Source of the DNA: a virus
Taxonomy: Duplodnaviria; Caudoviricetes
Length of the DNA stretch: 24,550 bases
Direction: 5' to 3' (one strand)
IMG/VR virus record: IMGVR_UViG_3300031949_000148
Coordinates: 1-24,550 of that record
Under the pieces are notes generated by a model, which ran no database searches, had not been told where the DNA came from, and saw nothing but the letters and a program-made list of their open reading frames with translations. Both the position numbers and the translations under genes were made by a program. Numbering within the stretch: position 1 is the first letter of the stretch; each line of letters starts with the position of its first letter. Of the stretch, positions 23,140-24,550 are shown one piece after another.

Positions 23140-23352
23140 ATGATAACGAATCAAGACCTCGAAAATTGGTTCACGTATCACCCTCCAAAGGACTCAGACC
23201 TTACAAAATACGCAGCCATTCGAGGAGCGGCAAAGTTTTTTGCGAAGGTGATCCTTGAAGTTACTCCGGAAGGGCCTGACCAGAGTGCCGCGATCCGTAA
23301 GCTTCGAGAAGTTGTGATGACCGCCAATCAGTCGATCGCTTGTTCCTCGTAG
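23140..23352 (+). CDS. Acb2/Tad1-like helical-hairpin protein (candidate immune-signal sponge)
   Basis: AAGGAG SD; WFTYHPP...Y..IR..AK.FA..I....P...QSAAIRKLREVVMTANQSIA pattern. Confidence 0.7.
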   Translation: MITNQDLENWFTYHPPKDSDLTKYAAIRGAAKFFAKVILEVTPEGPDQSAAIRKLREVVMTANQSIACSS

Positions 23353-23383
23353 TGATTGATGCTGCGGTCGTAAGGAGACGGAC

Positions 23384-23680
23384 ATGCCAGAAGACACAAA
23401 GGTCATGCAAGCTGAGTCGATCTGTTTTTGCTGTAGGCACTCAATGCTGATGGTCGTTGCCACTCGCAAGCGTACTCTCGAAGCCGACCCTCTGACACAA
23501 CGTCCCCGCCCAAAAGAAACCATCGAAGAGACCCAACAGGCAGCGTGCCATCGGTGGGGTGGAGCGATGGTGATTGGGTCTCAGAGTTTGATCCAGGCGT
23601 GCACAGGCTTCGAGCCCGGAGAAGAGAAGCAGTTCATGGTTCCGGCGCACATGGAACCGCCAAAATCACTCAAGATGTAA
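23384..23680 (+). CDS. hypothetical Cys-containing protein
   Basis: AAGGAG SD; SICFCCRH...C...ACTGFEP. Confidence 0.75.
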   Translation: MPEDTKVMQAESICFCCRHSMLMVVATRKRTLEADPLTQRPRPKETIEETQQAACHRWGGAMVIGSQSLIQACTGFEPGEEKQFMVPAHMEPPKSLKM

Positions 23681-23690
23681 GGAGGAAGTC

Positions 23691-24089
23691 ATGCTGGTTT
23701 ACTGTCCAAAGTGTAATTCCCCGAGGCATTTCAAACAAACGGCTGATGTGCCGAAGGTCGGAGAGTTTCTCTCGTGTACGTCCTGCGACACAAAACTCGA
23801 GCTGGTAGTCTACCAGCCAACGCCGCAGGCGCCACAGGTCATACAGGACAACCGCTCGGAAGAGCAGAAGCTTGCTGACGCTTCGAGCTATGCCGAGATG
23901 GAGAGGCGCAACGCGCAGCTTGCTGGAGGCGAAGTCCCAAAGCCGGCCACTCCGGAGCCTTCGGTGAACGCGCCGCAGGTACCGGAAGGGGTACCACCGG
24001 ACGGTGTTCCAGTGGTTCCGGAGCCGGAAACTCCGACAACTCCCGCGGCGCCGGAACCCGAGGAGACTTCCGTAGCGCCAACTGCGTAG
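23691..24089 (+). CDS. zinc-ribbon protein with a Pro/Glu-rich tail
   Basis: AAGGAGG SD; CPKC and CTSC. Confidence 0.78.
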   Translation: MLVYCPKCNSPRHFKQTADVPKVGEFLSCTSCDTKLELVVYQPTPQAPQVIQDNRSEEQKLADASSYAEMERRNAQLAGGEVPKPATPEPSVNAPQVPEGVPPDGVPVVPEPETPTTPAAPEPEETSVAPTA

Positions 24090-24245
24090 GCGGAAGGAAC
24101 GACTTGGCCGCGAGGAAATAATCATACTCCCGTGATGCAATTCGTGTGACGCGGACTAGCACGTATGCAGGCTTTCAATAGCCATAGCGGGTACAGGCGG
24201 GGAATGGTCGAACCCCAGGGGCTGCCATAAGCCCCACTTATTAAA

Positions 24246-24550
24246 ATGGAAATCCTTCGCTTCCCAAACCGAATGCTGACGACACCGACTAAGTTGGTGG
24301 AGTTCGGCGCCGAAGTGTTCTCGGATGCGGCCGTGAAGGAAGAGCTACCTAAACTCCTGAAACAGAGAAATGGGGTCGGCATCTCGGCGAACCAGATCGG
24401 GGTTGACGCTTCCGTGTGCTTCATTGCTCTCCCGGACGGTGAGCCGCGGTATATGATCAACCCCACGATCGTCGAGATGTCGAAAGAGATGAACGTTGAG
24501 GAGGAGGGGTGTCTCAGCCTTCCCGGGATCTCGGCGACGATCGACCGATA
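24246..24550 (+). CDS. def: peptide deformylase, truncated by the window end
   Basis: Translated by hand: MEILRFPNRML...GVGISANQIG...MINPTI...EGCLSLPG. The HExxH motif would lie beyond the window. Confidence 0.93.
   Translation, partial: MEILRFPNRMLTTPTKLVEFGAEVFSDAAVKEELPKLLKQRNGVGISANQIGVDASVCFIALPDGEPRYMINPTIVEMSKEMNVEEEGCLSLPGISATIDR

Noticed and set aside
23128-23386. Recurring AAGGAGAC(G), including a 15-bp identity before ATG 23140 and ATG 23384
   Set aside because: Adequately explained as a preferred strong ribosome-binding site.

Overview
This window looks like part of a double-stranded DNA phage or prophage genome. It has no structural, terminase or integrase genes, and the host cannot be assigned from sequence alone. 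There are three blocks. (1) A rightward replication/recombination block (1-9783) holds a DUF5131/Gp37-Gp68 protein, a Rad50/SbcC-like ATPase, a DUF5076-like protein, an aberrant tRNA-Leu-like RNA with structured RNAs, a replication initiator with internal 23-bp iteron-like repeats, DnaB and a RusA-like resolvase. (2) A leftward block (about 10130-17870) holds many small accessory genes, a short clamp-loader-like AAA+ ATPase and a C5 cytosine methyltransferase. (3) After divergent promoters at about 17900-18000, a rightward block holds two PD-(D/E)XK-like nucleases, an amino-methyltransferase, an acyl carrier protein, an Acb2/Tad1-like protein and a peptide deformylase that runs off the end. 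The most unusual signals are: seven tandem SPPY motif-IV modules in one methyltransferase; a 117-nt tRNA-Leu-like RNA with a 9-bp anticodon stem and a 38-nt variable region; four intergenic three-way-junction RNA-like elements; a GTGCA-N4/5-TGCAC inverted repeat at seven stop/start junctions; and an asymmetric CCGCTTCGT motif in promoter spacers. All family names come from motif recognition by eye, and RNA structures were paired by hand. No database search or folding program was run.
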